Below, piece after piece: positions 20,625 through 32,650 of a stretch of DNA of 64,000 nucleotides (positions within the stretch are counted from its first letter, which is position 1; every line of letters starts with the position of its first letter). The notes beneath the pieces are model-generated. The model was given only the letters and a program-made list of their open reading frames with translations. It ran no database searches and was not told the DNA's origin. The translations under genes were made by a program, and so were the position numbers. Origin of the DNA: Blepharisma stoltei ATCC 30299 (Eukaryota > Protista > Ciliophora); contig CBFDEM010000037.1 in NCBI GenBank assembly GCA_965603825.1, forward strand, positions 124,001-188,000, read 5' to 3'.

Positions 20625-21242
20625 TATAATTTATTGCACCATTTAGTTGGTGAAATGGAAAAGAAGGTAGAAAATATTGATAAAAAATTAGTTAAGAAGA
20701 GATATTTGAATTTTTTTAGATTTGGTATACGAATTTGTTGTAATTTTAAGTCATTTTATCAACTGGAATATTCGAAAGCTGGAATAGTAAATATAAAATG
20801 GTTTCAGATTTTGAAACAAAGACTTTAACATTTATGCTTTGTCTGATGATAATATTAATGTGAAATTTTAACGTTAACTTCTATTGATATTTAATGGATT
20901 TCTCAGAAAATACAATGATATTTTCTATGTACTTCATTTATGATCGAATGCATAACTTGCTATATGCTCTCTATCGATATCTTATTAATAAATTATCATG
21001 TATCATCAAGTAAAATTTGAGCTCTTAATTTATGCATGACTACTTAAATATGCATAATAATGGCTTTTCTCTTACCTTGTGTATACAATGCCCACTTAAT
21101 TTCGTATCAAGATACAATAAGCTTAAATCCTTTATTTAAAATTTTTTACAAAAATCAGATCTTAACCACCTTTAGCAGTTTGCTTGTATCCTGCCCCTGT
21201 ATCATATCCCAAAATTATAATTATGAACTTTTATTAGATCAA

Positions 21243-21620
21243 TTAAATCTTAGCTTCTTGACTTACACCTATCTCTTTGACCAGATCATCATCATCATCA
21301 TCCTCTTCTTCTTTTTCTTCTTGGGACTCAGATTTATATGAGTCCGTCATTGATTGGAAAAGATAAGCAAACTGTAAATGAGCAATCGCTTGGTATAGTA
21401 GTTTTGGGATTCTATTTGGCACCTTAACTTGTGTAGGCTCGCTGTGCTCTTTTTGCAAACTTATGAAATACTTTTGAGCATGGGATTTTATTTGGCTACT
21501 GGATCTTGTGCCAACTGTCTGCGAAATTAGTTTCCAATTTCTGCCGTACTCTTGTAAGGCAAAAAGAAATCGCTTGTGCTCTTCGTCAGTCCAGCGCCCG
21601 GATTGAAGTCTTTGACTCAT
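21243..21620 (-). CDS. SHAQKY-class Myb DNA-binding protein
   Basis: GRWTDEEHKRFL..YGRNWK..VGTRSSSQIKSHAQKYF; acidic tail. Confidence 0.9.
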   Translation of the reverse strand: MSQRLQSGRWTDEEHKRFLFALQEYGRNWKLISQTVGTRSSSQIKSHAQKYFISLQKEHSEPTQVKVPNRIPKLLYQAIAHLQFAYLFQSMTDSYKSESQEEKEEEDDDDDDLVKEIGVSQEAKI

Positions 21621-21999
21621 ATTTCTCAATTATATCGTATCTTATCACCATTAGATAGGATACTTAGGGTTTTAATTGAGATATTATTTATTAAAGGTAT
21701 CTTTGGTGAATAATTTCAAATTATCTTCGTTATCAAATCATTAGAAAACGAAAAGAAAGCGAAGCTAGGATTTGACAGTTTTGGGTGGATCAAAAGAAAA
21801 TAATGGCAAACTTTATATCAGAAATCCATTTACATGATAGACTTAAAATCCAAATAACTCCGCATGCCAGAAAATTGAACCATAATTAAAAATTTATTAA
21901 TTGTGGATAATTTTTCTAAGAAAATTTTATTATAAATTCTTATCTTATTAACAGAAAAATGCAAAGTTTCTAATCAAAATAATTTTTATCCCTTTCCAA

Positions 22000-23059
22000 T
22001 TAGCACTTTAAAGTCCTCACCATTACTTCTCTTATAATTGAAATTATCTTATCAACTTCTTCTGAATCATAGCACTCAAACTCAACAGTTTCAGCTGTAA
22101 ATTGCATAATAAATCTATTTTCCTTAAATTCATGATGTGTAATTGTATCTATTTCATCAATATCATAGACTTTTTTGTTTTTTCCTTGATTTATTTCAAT
22201 CGCCGTTGCTCCATCATTTGACTTTCTTATCACAAGTTTGGCTTCTTTGCTAAACAAAGAAGATACAATTTCTACATCGAATTGTTGGTAATAGGACTCT
22301 GCTGTCACAATTTTCGATTTTATTTCCACAAGCATCTCAGCCATCTCTAATTCTTTTTCTTCATGCTTTTTAACGCTTTCCTCAAGTACATTTTGATATT
22401 CATCCATAGCTTCTATCTGTTTTTTTAAGTTTGTCAATATTTCTTCTGACTTCCAAAACTTTTTTTGCTCTACTATCATATGTTTTCCAAGAATATCATT
22501 AGATTCAATCAACTGCAAATTATCATCGTTCAGATTTTTGTAATCAGCTTTGGATTTTGATATTGATGCTCGAGTTTCTGTAATTTCTTTTCTCAGTTCT
22601 TCAGCGAGGAATCTCAGTCTCGCTTCTCTTGACGTAAAATGATTTTTTTCTTTATATTCTTTAATTTCTTCAACTTTTTTTGCTAAATTTTTATTTTCCT
22701 GCTTCAAAATTCTTATATCTTCTTCTAGCTTCAGATTGCTACTTTCAAGGTAGGAAGGTCCTGTGGTTGGGTTTTCTTTTGTCTGATCTAGAATTTCTGA
22801 AGGCGTGCTTTCATTATTAAAATTTGCATCGGAGTCATTTTTGGTTGAATGATTCTCGAGCCTTAGGTTCTCTAATAAAAGCGACTAAAATAATTTTTAC
22901 CCTTTGTTCTATAAGAAACTCCACCTTATTAATTTCAGCATTTAGGACTTGCAGCTGTGAATTAATGCTGGCTCTTTCTTCTCTTTCGTCTTTTAAAGCA
23001 TTCTTTAGAGTAATTAGATTCTGCTTTAGAACATTTATATCCTTATTCTTGTCTTCCAT
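22000..23059 (-). CDS. Coiled-coil protein with C-terminal PH-like region
   Basis: 16-nt intron GTAAAAATTATTTTAG (22885-22900) joins track ORFs 22835.. and 22000.. in frame. Confidence 0.72.
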
Positions 23060-23452
23060 TTTAATCTGATAGAGCTAATTTTATAATTTATATGAAGTTG
23101 TCTCTCTATATCTATATTTATTTTGCTCATTTTTTGTGTTTAATGATAAACTATGAGGGGATGATAATTGAATAATGTCCATGGGAGATGAAAATTCTCA
23201 TTAATATTTTACTTTCAAAGCTATTTATTCCCATCTTTAAGCCTATATTAATAACTCATAAATTTTCTATAGATTTTTATGATTAATTGATGGTCTTTTA
23301 TTTATCGTAGAAAAATGGTTTTTATTAGCTAAGACCAAAAGAAAATTATAAATTTGCAACAAATACCTTCTCAATACAAGTTTAAGCAAGCAGCAATTTA
23401 AAAAGTAATAACCCCTCACATTCTATAAAGAAATCAAATTAAACTTTATTTT

Positions 23453-24091
23453 TTAACAGCAGCCTCCTTTTTTTGATGTGCTTTCAGGTGATGAAGGATT
23501 ATTGGGATTATCTCTTGCTATTGAAATCGTCCTCGGCTTTTCTTGACTCTGCTGCTGACCTCCATTGCTCGGCTCACTCCCCACCGTTATCTTATATGCA
23601 ATATCTTTAAACAATTGGTCAACCCCATATTTAGTTTTTGCACTAGTTTTCCTATAAATTGCTCCAATTGAGTCAGCATATGCTTTTGCTTCAATAAAAT
23701 CGACCTCTTCTTTTTCTATCAAATCTTCTTTATTTCCTGCTATAGCAACAACAAGATTTTTAGGACCGAACTCCCCAAGTTCATCACGTCAATGTTTCAT
23801 AGCGTCATAAGAAGCTCTATTGGTAATATCATAAACTAATACAGCGGCAGCTGCGTCTGCATAATACATCCTTGCTAACGAGTGATATCTTTCTTGGCCT
23901 GCAGTATCCCAAATGCTGAATTTTATGCTGTGATTTTCGACTTCGATTGCTTTAGATAGAAACGAAGCTCCAATAGTGGGATCAAGATTGTTATGAAAAG
24001 TATCAGCTACAAACCTTAAGACAATGCTAGATTTTCCGACGCCTGAGTCCCCTAAAAGGACTACTTTTACTTGGCTGATTTCTTTTTGCAT
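23453..24091 (-). CDS. Rab5/Rab22-family small GTPase
   Basis: GDSGVGKSS, TIGASF, WDTAGQERYHSLA, K-H-W(TGA 23789-23791), AGNKED, TSAK, C-terminal GGCC. Confidence 0.93.
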
Positions 24092-24210
24092 TAAAATTAT
24101 ACAAAAAGGATATGAAAATATATTGATTCAACAAATGTTTAATTGCAAATTAAAATTATTAGATATCACTAACACCTAAGGTGATTCTTTATATTATTTG
24201 TTAGCGAGAA

Positions 24211-24771
24211 ATGGTATGGACTATATAGGGAGTTGACTTAGTGGCTGGAGGCAAAAAGCCTAATCTAAACAGAAGAAAGGTTACCACAACTAACCTTTAT
24301 TTAAGGCTTCTTTTAAAACTCTATAAGTTTCTGGCTCGTAGAACTGAATCAGGCTTCAATAAAGTCATCGCAAAGAGGCTGGCAATGTCAAGACACAACA
24401 GACCACCACTTTCCCTCAAACACATTGCTAAGTATATGAAAGGAAAAGAGTCAAGAACCTGTGTGATCGTCGGCTCAGTTTTAGATGACCCTAGGCTTAT
24501 CAACGCCCCAGAAAATCTTCAACTTGTCGCTTTAAGAGTTAGTGAAACAGCTAGAGCTAGAATTGAAGCTGCCGGTGGAAAAGTCCTTACCTTTGACCAA
24601 TTCGCGATACAGAATCCTTCTGGAGCTAACACAGTCCTTCTAAGAGGCCAGAAAACTGCTAGAGAAAGCTACAAACACTTCGGCGCTGCCCCAGGTACCA
24701 AGAGATCCCACGCAAGACCTTATGTGAGAAGCCATGGAAGAAAATTCGAAAAAGCTAGAGGAAGAAGATAA
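24211..24771 (+). CDS. RPL18: 60S ribosomal protein L18 (eL18)
   Basis: ATG, then 15-nt intron GTATGGACTATATAG (24214-24228), then GVDL..; LYKFLARRT; PYVRSHGRKFEKARGRR. Confidence 0.97.
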
Positions 24772-24812
24772 ACTACATATTTTAGCATTATTTTCTTCAT
24801 AATAATTTCGAT

Positions 24813-25610
24813 ATGTGGTTCATTAAGGATGGTGCTGGAATTGCTTGTGTCGTTTTAACTTATCTTATCATGACTGGCGTCAGTTCTTTGGTGATCAAGG
24901 TGGCGATTTTACAATTAGATGAAGAAGAGTATATAAATGGACCAATTTGTATATGTTTTTACTACTTTTTCTTATTTTTGGCTGGATTCAGCCATCTTAA
25001 AGCAATGCTGACAGACCCAGGCTCAGTTCCACTGAACTCAGCTGAGCTACCAAAAGTCAATGAGTATAAAGACGGGAAACCTAAGTTTTACTGCCTGAGA
25101 TGTCGATGTAATAAGCCAAGCCGGTGCCATCACTGCTCAACTTGTGGGAGATGCATTATGAAAATGGATCATCACTGCCCATGGGTGAATAACTGTGTAG
25201 GGCATTACAATCAAAAGCACTTTGTTCTATTTTTGCTTTATATTGAGCTCAGCTGTATTTATTCTTTTATTATGCTCGGAATGAGGGCTTCCTATTGCTT
25301 TTCACATGAGAAGGCTGAATTGTGCTTGAGACCGAGACAAGAAGTGTCGTTTGACTTGTTTATTGGAGTCTTATCGTTTTTTATGGCAGGGATTTTTGGG
25401 TTATTTGTAGGAGTTATGATGCAGGACCAGTTAACTTGTATTATAAATAATACGTCAGGAATTGATGAACTGAAGAAAACACTTGTGGAGAAAAGGCCAG
25501 TTAAAGTGAATTTAGAAGAGACATTTGGAGGGCCGTTTGGGATTCTTTGGTTTATACCTACAAGTTTGAAGCGACAATCAAATGATATGGTTGAAATAGA
25601 GCTCACATAA
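24813..25610 (+). CDS. DHHC palmitoyltransferase
   Basis: TDPG, KPSRCHHCSTCGRCIMKMDHHCPWVNNCVG, about four TM segments. Confidence 0.95.
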   Translation: MWFIKDGAGIACVVLTYLIMTGVSSLVIKVAILQLDEEEYINGPICICFYYFFLFLAGFSHLKAMLTDPGSVPLNSAELPKVNEYKDGKPKFYCLRCRCNKPSRCHHCSTCGRCIMKMDHHCPWVNNCVGHYNQKHFVLFLLYIELSCIYSFIMLGMRASYCFSHEKAELCLRPRQEVSFDLFIGVLSFFMAGIFGLFVGVMMQDQLTCIINNTSGIDELKKTLVEKRPVKVNLEETFGGPFGILWFIPTSLKRQSNDMVEIELT

Positions 25611-25873
25611 ATTATGTTAAGATATTTGGATTTATAATTTTTAGGGAATTTTATCCAAAAATAGTAATGATATAAGAGTTTTTTAAATAAATTAGAAGGT
25701 GAAATGAAAAATAATTAGCTTTAATTGTGTCCTATATAAATACCTTTTTTATTTGGATTAATTTTTAGACCACAAATATTATTTTATTTGAAATCTGATA
25801 TTAAAATTCCGTTTTTAAATAAAATTGTAATAATCTTATAAACAATCTTTTACATATATATATATCCTCATCT

Positions 25874-26188
25874 TTAGCATGAGGCTTGGGTGTCGAATTC
25901 TTTAAAAAATTCGTCTTTAATAATAGGATTTGATGCCCTTTGAGCTATCAAATTTTTGATTTTTCTGTGACTGGACAAAGGATCTTGCTTAATTAATTCT
26001 TTTTCAAATTTCTCGCCTTTCTGAAGTATCGAATTAATTTCCTCCAAAAGTCTTTTCCCATCTGTATCATCTTTTGTCAAAGAAATACTCTGATTGCAGG
26101 ACTTTTTTAGTGAGCTGTAATAGTTTTTAGGCTTTGGTAATGCTAATTCTGATGAGGAAAGGATGTATGGGTTGCCGATCTCTGCCAT
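25874..26188 (-). CDS. Small hypothetical protein
   Basis: ATG (MAEIGNPY) in AAAATG context; contains R-A-S-N-P-I-I-K-D..F motif. Confidence 0.55.
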   Translation of the reverse strand: MAEIGNPYILSSSELALPKPKNYYSSLKKSCNQSISLTKDDTDGKRLLEEINSILQKGEKFEKELIKQDPLSSHRKIKNLIAQRASNPIIKDEFFKEFDTQASC

Positions 26189-26478
26189 TTTATTTTTAAT
26201 AGTTTTTTGCTGTGTGTCTGTAAACTGGATAAAAGCATATACTAAAATGGTCAATGCAAATTTTGAATACCGTTATTTTTAACAAGATCTCAGTAAAGTA
26301 ATTCACAAAATAATCATATAATGCTATTAATTTATAATTACTTTAGAAAATAAAGGAAAAAAAAATTAATTAAAATGTCTTATGCAACTGCTGATTACAA
26401 TCATTATGAAACATTTTACCATATTGTATATATAAATCTGTTTATTTAAATATCATCTAAATAAGCTTATTATGCTTT

Positions 26479-27144
26479 CTAGTTCTTATTTAAATCAGAT
26501 AGCAAACTTGAACCCAATTCATCTTCTTCCTTAACTTCTGTCTTTTGCGTTAATTTACTGCTTTTCAAATCATTTAAGATCCCTATAAACTGTGCTGCCA
26601 AGCTTGGTCCTGTTTCTTCTTTTAATTTACCTACTTCAACCCTAGCTGTATCTACCTCAACCGAAAGTCCAGCTAAATCCTCAATTTTTTTATTTTGCCT
26701 ATCAATAATCTCGTTTTTAAACCTTACAACTTCCAAGACTTGAAACAAAAAATCATTAATAAACTCTCCTTTAAAATTTTTTTCAAGCCTGGTCTTAAAC
26801 ATTGACACAAATAATTTTGCGTTTCCATCCATGGGCATATGCAATTCAAGCTCGGCTGAGTTATCATCTTTGTCTTCTCTAAAGAAAAATCTGATGTTAT
26901 GAGAAGCAGCTTTAAAAGCATCTCGCAGGGTAGTAAAATAATCAGCACTTATAAGCTGGGCATTGCATGAGCTGGTAAAGATATCTACTGGGGCGTGAAA
27001 CATTGACTGGTTAATTAATATTCAAAGCTTGCACAAAGGTAAATTAGGATCATATATGCATGGATGCTGATACCAATGACTAATTACCCATATAGGAATC
27101 CCTTCAAGCGTTGATGTGTATATAAAAAAGGAGTCCGCGTTCAT
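26479..27144 (-). CDS. Hypothetical protein, candidate XRCC4/XLF-superfamily member
   Basis: Extended to ATG 27144 through one TGA (221 aa); beta-rich head, then coiled coil ending LAAQFIGILNDLKSSKL, reminiscent of XRCC4 'F..VLNEKK'. Confidence 0.5.
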
Positions 27145-27199
27145 TTCTTTAAATATAATAAAAGGCAATTTTAATTAAAAAATTGAATAATTTAAATAG

Positions 27200-28780
27200 C
27201 TATAGACTGCTTAAAAATCTTTCAAAGCTTTGGCTGAAGTTTTCATGAACAACTAAATAATGATTACCTTGGATTTCTTTGCCCTCTAATGCAAGCTTTA
27301 CTTTTTGGTCCCCAATCCTATAAATCCCTTCTTCCAATCTGACTATTCCTATATTTAACGGCTTCCCTAGGCTTAATATTTTTTCACCTAATAAAATATC
27401 AAGCTCATCTCCGTCTTCTGCAAAATATTCTTTTACCCTTAATTGTTCGTCAACTGCCTCTTTTTCAAGACTTTCTATTTCTTCTGAAGTATTTTCTAAA
27501 ATATTCCTCAAATGATCTGCTGATTTTTGGGCAATATTTAATTGATAGCTTTGAAGTAAAAATAAGTCAGCAAGAGTAAGAAGTTTTGTTGATAATTGAT
27601 TTAAATATTCGTGAAGGGATTCATCTTTGTTATAGCTGATAGTTTCTTCTAATTTCTTTGAATAAAGATCAATTTTTGATTGTAAAAGCCCGTTGTTGTC
27701 AGAAAGATCGCCGATAATTGCTTCTTGAATTGAGATTTTGTTAGAGACAACAGCAATGTGGCTATGAAGCTCATCTATAGAGACTTTTATATTTTCGTCT
27801 TGCTGGCTTAATTTTTTTCTTTGGTTTTCATAAATATTTAATGTATTTTTTATCTCTTGCTTTAATACTTTTATAGATTTCTTATAATAATCTCCAATTT
27901 CTCTGTAATTGAGCAGGAACTCTTTTTCTTCAATTTGTAATGTTTTTAAAGCTTTTTTTCTTTCGAGCTCTCCTTGAAGCTGAAGTTTCCTTCTCAGAAG
28001 CTGCAATTCTTTTTGCTTTTCATTTTGCAATTCTTTTCGTAATTTATCAATTGTCTCTCTAAGAGCTTTATTTTCCTCTTCACACTGTTTAGCACTATTA
28101 GTCAATTTATTATTTTCATCCCTAAATCTTGCTATTTCATCATTAGTTTCCTTAAAAACCTGCTGCCTTTCTTTTTCAGTGTTTTCCAAAGCATTTTGGG
28201 TATTTTTAATATTTTTCATCAATTCTGCTGCATCATTTACTTTATTCGCCAATTCTTGAATATCTGATTCAAAATCTGATTTATTTTCCAATAATCCAAA
28301 AATCACGCTATCAGCTCTTGAGCATTTTTCTTCCTCTTCTTTCAACAACTGCTGCAGCTCTAAAATATCTTCATGTATTTCTACCATATCTTTTTCATGC
28401 TGCTTTATATCTTCATTAAGCTGATTAAAAGTGTCGTCTGCAGACAGCTGAATATCCTTGGTATTTTTAATGCTTTGGCTATATAAAGCAGTTAATTGCT
28501 CTTTTTCGTGATCAAGGTATTTTAACAATTTAAGCTTTTGATTTAAAGCAAACATTGCACTTTTGACGTAATCAGACTCTTCTCTGCTTGTAGGCTCCCT
28601 AGGGAGTTTTACAGGGATCATTTCTTGCGAGTGAACTTGTGGGACCATTATTGTTTCTTCTGCAATTCCAGGGACATTTAGAGGCTCAAGCATGCTAAGC
28701 GTTGATGAAATTTTGTTGCTTTGGCTAGAGATTATTTCTTCAAAATAGTCGCAGCGAGGGCATTGTTCGTAAAAAGCCAT
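27200..28780 (-). CDS. Coiled-coil protein with C-terminal GAS2-like domain
   Basis: Long heptad region; D.LD..L, LEEGIYRIGDQKV..; probable 15-nt intron GTAATCATTATTTAG at 27253-27267. Confidence 0.7.
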   Translation of the reverse strand: MAFYEQCPRCDYFEEIISSQSNKISSTLSMLEPLNVPGIAEETIMVPQVHSQEMIPVKLPREPTSREESDYVKSAMFALNQKLKLLKYLDHEKEQLTALYSQSIKNTKDIQLSADDTFNQLNEDIKQHEKDMVEIHEDILELQQLLKEEEEKCSRADSVIFGLLENKSDFESDIQELANKVNDAAELMKNIKNTQNALENTEKERQQVFKETNDEIARFRDENNKLTNSAKQCEEENKALRETIDKLRKELQNEKQKELQLLRRKLQLQGELERKKALKTLQIEEKEFLLNYREIGDYYKKSIKVLKQEIKNTLNIYENQRKKLSQQDENIKVSIDELHSHIAVVSNKISIQEAIIGDLSDNNGLLQSKIDLYSKKLEETISYNKDESLHEYLNQLSTKLLTLADLFLLQSYQLNIAQKSADHLRNILENTSEEIESLEKEAVDEQLRVKEYFAEDGDELDILLGEKILSLGKPLNIGIVRLEEGIYRIGDQKVKLALEGKEIQGNHYLVVHENFSQSFERFLSSL

Positions 28781-28808
28781 TATTGCTATTATTTTTACTT
28801 CTATCAAA

Positions 28809-29513
28809 TTAATCTTTGAAATTAATATCATATAGTTTAATTGCATTCCCTTCACATACTACTACACTTGCAGGCAGCTCTTTTTCTTCATTTCTAGGCA
28901 CCAGAACAATTTTTCTAGAAGTTTTGTATTTAAGAGAAAGCTCTTTTTCGACATGCTCTTTTGATAGCGGCCCTTTCTTTTTAATCAAACTTTCGAAGCT
29001 CGCTTTTTCTCTATCAAAAGGCAGATATGAGGATAACTGCAGATCTTCATTAAAATAATAAGCCTGATCAATTTTTGTGGAGTTTAAATCATCAATAAAA
29101 GGAATATGATGCTTAATTTTAGGTGTATTTGATAAATATTCGTGAGCTGAAGGAATTGTAGTTTCCACTTCTGGATCTATAAATTCATGAGCTTTCATTA
29201 AGTTCATACTTATCCGTAGAGGATTTGACATAGAATTTGTGCATTGCTTTGATATAGATTTTAAATTAAGATGTAGACGTATTGGCTCTTTGTGCTTGCC
29301 CTCACTTGAGTAATTCCGTTTGGATAATGGCTGTCGTTTTGTAGCAGACTGCATGTCAAACGATTTGTTTGAGGAACTTGATTTTCCTGTAGATCTTCTG
29401 CTTAATCTTGATGCAATTGAGTAGTCATCTGAGTTCAAGTCTTTGATTGTCATAGACAATTTATTGAAATTTTTAGGTGATTCTTTTGCGAGAGCTTTCT
29501 TGATATATGACAT
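28809..29513 (-). CDS. Hypothetical Ser/Lys-rich protein
   Basis: Uninterrupted 234-aa ORF; no recognised motif. Confidence 0.65.
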   Translation of the reverse strand: MSYIKKALAKESPKNFNKLSMTIKDLNSDDYSIASRLSRRSTGKSSSSNKSFDMQSATKRQPLSKRNYSSEGKHKEPIRLHLNLKSISKQCTNSMSNPLRISMNLMKAHEFIDPEVETTIPSAHEYLSNTPKIKHHIPFIDDLNSTKIDQAYYFNEDLQLSSYLPFDREKASFESLIKKKGPLSKEHVEKELSLKYKTSRKIVLVPRNEEKELPASVVVCEGNAIKLYDINFKD

Positions 29514-29741
29514 GATTTTTATTTCTAAATAATCCTCAAACTGACTAACTTTATCTGATTTGAATATAAAAATGGAATGGCGAACTATTAAAACTTCCTA
29601 TCTTTTTCATCCTCTTCCCTTTGTTTTCACTATTTATTATTAATAACCAACCATCATAACCACCGTTTTCCTGCCTAATCATTCAGTAACTTTTTTGCTT
29701 TAAAATTCATCACATTAAATCAATATTATGTAAAAACAAAA

Positions 29742-30716
29742 ATGACTGAAGACGTGAAATTAGACAAGCACGGATTCATAGTTCAGAACGCAACTCTACA
29801 GAAATCTGACCACATTGGTCGCGATAACGCGAGGATCTTGAAATGAGAAGATATGCTCCAAAGGTGGGATTATAACACTAAACGCAGGCCAACTTTTATT
29901 AAAAAGAGAGTTAGAAAAGGAATCCCAGACTGCTTGAGAGGCAGAGTCTGGGCCGAGCTCGCACAAATTAGGCAGTTAAAATCAACATACGGGGAAAACT
30001 ACTACAAAACTCTACTAGAGACTGAAACTGATGCAATATCAGCTGAAGACATCATGAGAGATATTGACAGGACTTTTCCTGAACACATACTTTTTCGAGA
30101 AGGAAACCTCGGCCAGCCCGCTCTGATCCGGACCTTAAAAGCCTACTCTGTGCATGATCCTGAATTAGGATACTGCCAAGGTATGGGCTTTTTAATTGCG
30201 ATGTTTTTAATATACATGAGCGAAGAAGACGCTTTTTGGATGCTGGTGGCTGTTATGAACAAATACCAAATGCGTGAGCTGTACGTGCCTGGTATGCCAG
30301 GAGTTTATAAAGCTTTTTACAAAATCAATGCTCTTTTTAAGCATTTTATGCCGCAGTTGTGAAGACATTTTCGCGATTTGAGTCTTCTTCCTTCAATGTT
30401 TGCCCCTTCATGGATAATGACACTTTATATTACCCTATTCCCAATTGAGGTCACCCTAAGAATTTTGGACACTTTCTTTTGTGAAGGCCCAAAAGTTATT
30501 TATAGAGTCTACATAATTGCCTTTAAAAAGGCCAAGGAAGAAATGCTGAGCATGACCCTTGACGAAATTTTGGAAAGAATTAAAACAATTCAGAGCGATT
30601 TTGCACCAGATGAACTGATCAAAAATGCATTTGGGATCTCTCTGAGTAGGAAAAAGCTAAAGGAGCTAGACAAAGAATACGAGACCGGCCAAAATTCGGA
30701 ATTCGTCAATTGGTAG
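29742..30716 (+). CDS. TBC-domain Rab GTPase-activating protein
   Basis: LDKHGF, KW(TGA)EDM, KGIPDCLRGRVW, DIDRTFP, YCQGMGF, EEDAFW; a second TGA at 30360 joins the ORFs. Confidence 0.93.
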
Positions 30717-30779
30717 ATTTCAATTAATTTTAAATTAAACTGTCATATTTCCATAAGAAAAGTTGATATAATTCCATTT

Positions 30780-32105
30780 ATGAGAGGAAGCTCAGTATCT
30801 TCGCTATTTGTATTTAACCCGACCCTAAAGCCAGCTTGGCCTCATCCTACAGAAGAAGACTATACGCTCTGCAAGCTGATGTATTACTATCCAGAGACGG
30901 CGCCATCTTATGAGATGCAATCTCATGTAGGCTTGGCTGAAGGGCTCGGGATGTTTGTGAGCCAGTTTTCTTCGAATCCACTAGAAAGCATTCATACAGA
31001 AAAACACACACATATCCTTTATCAATGCGAGCCTAATCTTTATGTCTGTATTGTGCTGCAGCACAATACACAAGGGGAAGGATTTATTAGACAGCAAGAT
31101 TTAGAGACACACCCTGAACTTCTTCAGCAGATCGCCCAGGCATATTACAAAAACTTTTATTTATTCCATGGCCCTCTGCGTAATTTTGCATATCCTCAAG
31201 ATATTCCAGTCTTAAAAACTTTATTATCGGATTATACAGCCGCGTTTCTATATGAGCAGTCTACAAAGGAAGACCCATTTGAAGGGTTTTATTATTGTCC
31301 TTTAGACCGCAAGGTGTATATGTTTGTGGTATTTTTACTGACCCAATTGAGCTCGGCATACCCAGAAATTCAGCACATCATGCTAACTTATGAAGGATAT
31401 TTGGTGTCCACCACCCTGCCACAATCAGCAGCGCTTATTCTTTATAACTATTTTTCAAGAAACAAGCAGTGGAAAAAAATTTCTTCATTTAAACGAGAGC
31501 CATCTCCTAATGCTTGTCAATATGCGAGGTCTTTTAGCTACCCGAAAAAAGGATTTTTATATGGAAAACAAGATCAGATTGTCAATACTCCTATTGTGCA
31601 TTTAGAAGGATGCGAGCCTATGAAGCTTGTCACGTGGTGCCAGGACAGTTTGCAGCTTGTTTTGCTATTGAGAAATACTGAAATTAATATAGGTGTGCTA
31701 GATGCCCTTTCAGCTTTGTTAGAAAGCACTTCAGAGGATTTAATTTCTGCAATTATGCCGCAGCACCAAAGGGCTAGCATGCAGGAGGACAATTTTAGGT
31801 TTATTTATTTCAATATGATGAATCTTGCAATAAAGCAAAGCACCAGACTCACCACAATTGACGATAATTTGTATAGGCTGATTACAACTTTATCAGCGCA
31901 AATGAAAGAAACTAATAATAAAACAGACGCTTTGGTGAAAACACTTATAAGGACTCATACAGCCTGGGTTTTGGCATTAAAAACACTTGAATCTAGAGAA
32001 ATCTATGTAATTTTACCGCCATCGACTGCCCCGGCGAACAGAGTAGAAGAAGAAATAACCAGATTTGTGAGCCATTATTTCCACAATATTTTTACAGGGA
32101 TTTAA
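30780..32105 (+). CDS. CCZ1: Vacuolar fusion protein Ccz1 (Mon1-Ccz1 GEF subunit)
   Basis: KLMYYYP, VGLAEGL..F..FS, F.LFHG, FRFIYFNMMNLAIK. Confidence 0.8.
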   Translation: MRGSSVSSLFVFNPTLKPAWPHPTEEDYTLCKLMYYYPETAPSYEMQSHVGLAEGLGMFVSQFSSNPLESIHTEKHTHILYQCEPNLYVCIVLQHNTQGEGFIRQQDLETHPELLQQIAQAYYKNFYLFHGPLRNFAYPQDIPVLKTLLSDYTAAFLYEQSTKEDPFEGFYYCPLDRKVYMFVVFLLTQLSSAYPEIQHIMLTYEGYLVSTTLPQSAALILYNYFSRNKQWKKISSFKREPSPNACQYARSFSYPKKGFLYGKQDQIVNTPIVHLEGCEPMKLVTWCQDSLQLVLLLRNTEINIGVLDALSALLESTSEDLISAIMPQHQRASMQEDNFRFIYFNMMNLAIKQSTRLTTIDDNLYRLITTLSAQMKETNNKTDALVKTLIRTHTAWVLALKTLESREIYVILPPSTAPANRVEEEITRFVSHYFHNIFTGI

Positions 32106-32195
32106 TTAATTTTTAGAAAAAAAGCTATTTAATTAAGATAAACTTTTTTTTAATTAGATAAAAACATCATCTGATAATAAACAAATTCCAAGCGA

Positions 32196-32585
32196 ATGAA
32201 AAGATCTAATAACAATGCTCCCTCATGCAAAAAAGTTATGTTTCAAAACAATAGCGTTGGCAAGTTACAAATTCCTTATATTACAAATCAGTTTGGGAAG
32301 CACTATATAGGATGTGAAAAATTTTCTGATCATAAAATATTAGAAAATAAGCAAATCACAAAAAGTATTAGTCAAAATAACTCTAATTCAGCTTTGAGCA
32401 ATCGCTCTATATTAGGTGTAACAAGGTGCAGTAGCCCACAATTAAGCTGTAATGGTTATCCACTAAAAGGAAACACTACAGTCTATATGAATTTCCAAAG
32501 ACCTTCTTTAATTGTGCACAGAAGAGTACAAAGTATGAACAATGATGTTATACAGAAATTTTCTGTGCAAATAAAGAAATGCTAA
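32196..32585 (+). CDS. Hypothetical protein
   Basis: 129-aa ORF flanked by AT-rich spacers. Confidence 0.5.
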   Translation: MKRSNNNAPSCKKVMFQNNSVGKLQIPYITNQFGKHYIGCEKFSDHKILENKQITKSISQNNSNSALSNRSILGVTRCSSPQLSCNGYPLKGNTTVYMNFQRPSLIVHRRVQSMNNDVIQKFSVQIKKC

Positions 32586-32650
32586 TTAGACTATTTTTGC
32601 ATTAATTTAACGAGCTCGATATATATTTTTTTTAATGATGCACGAAATAA

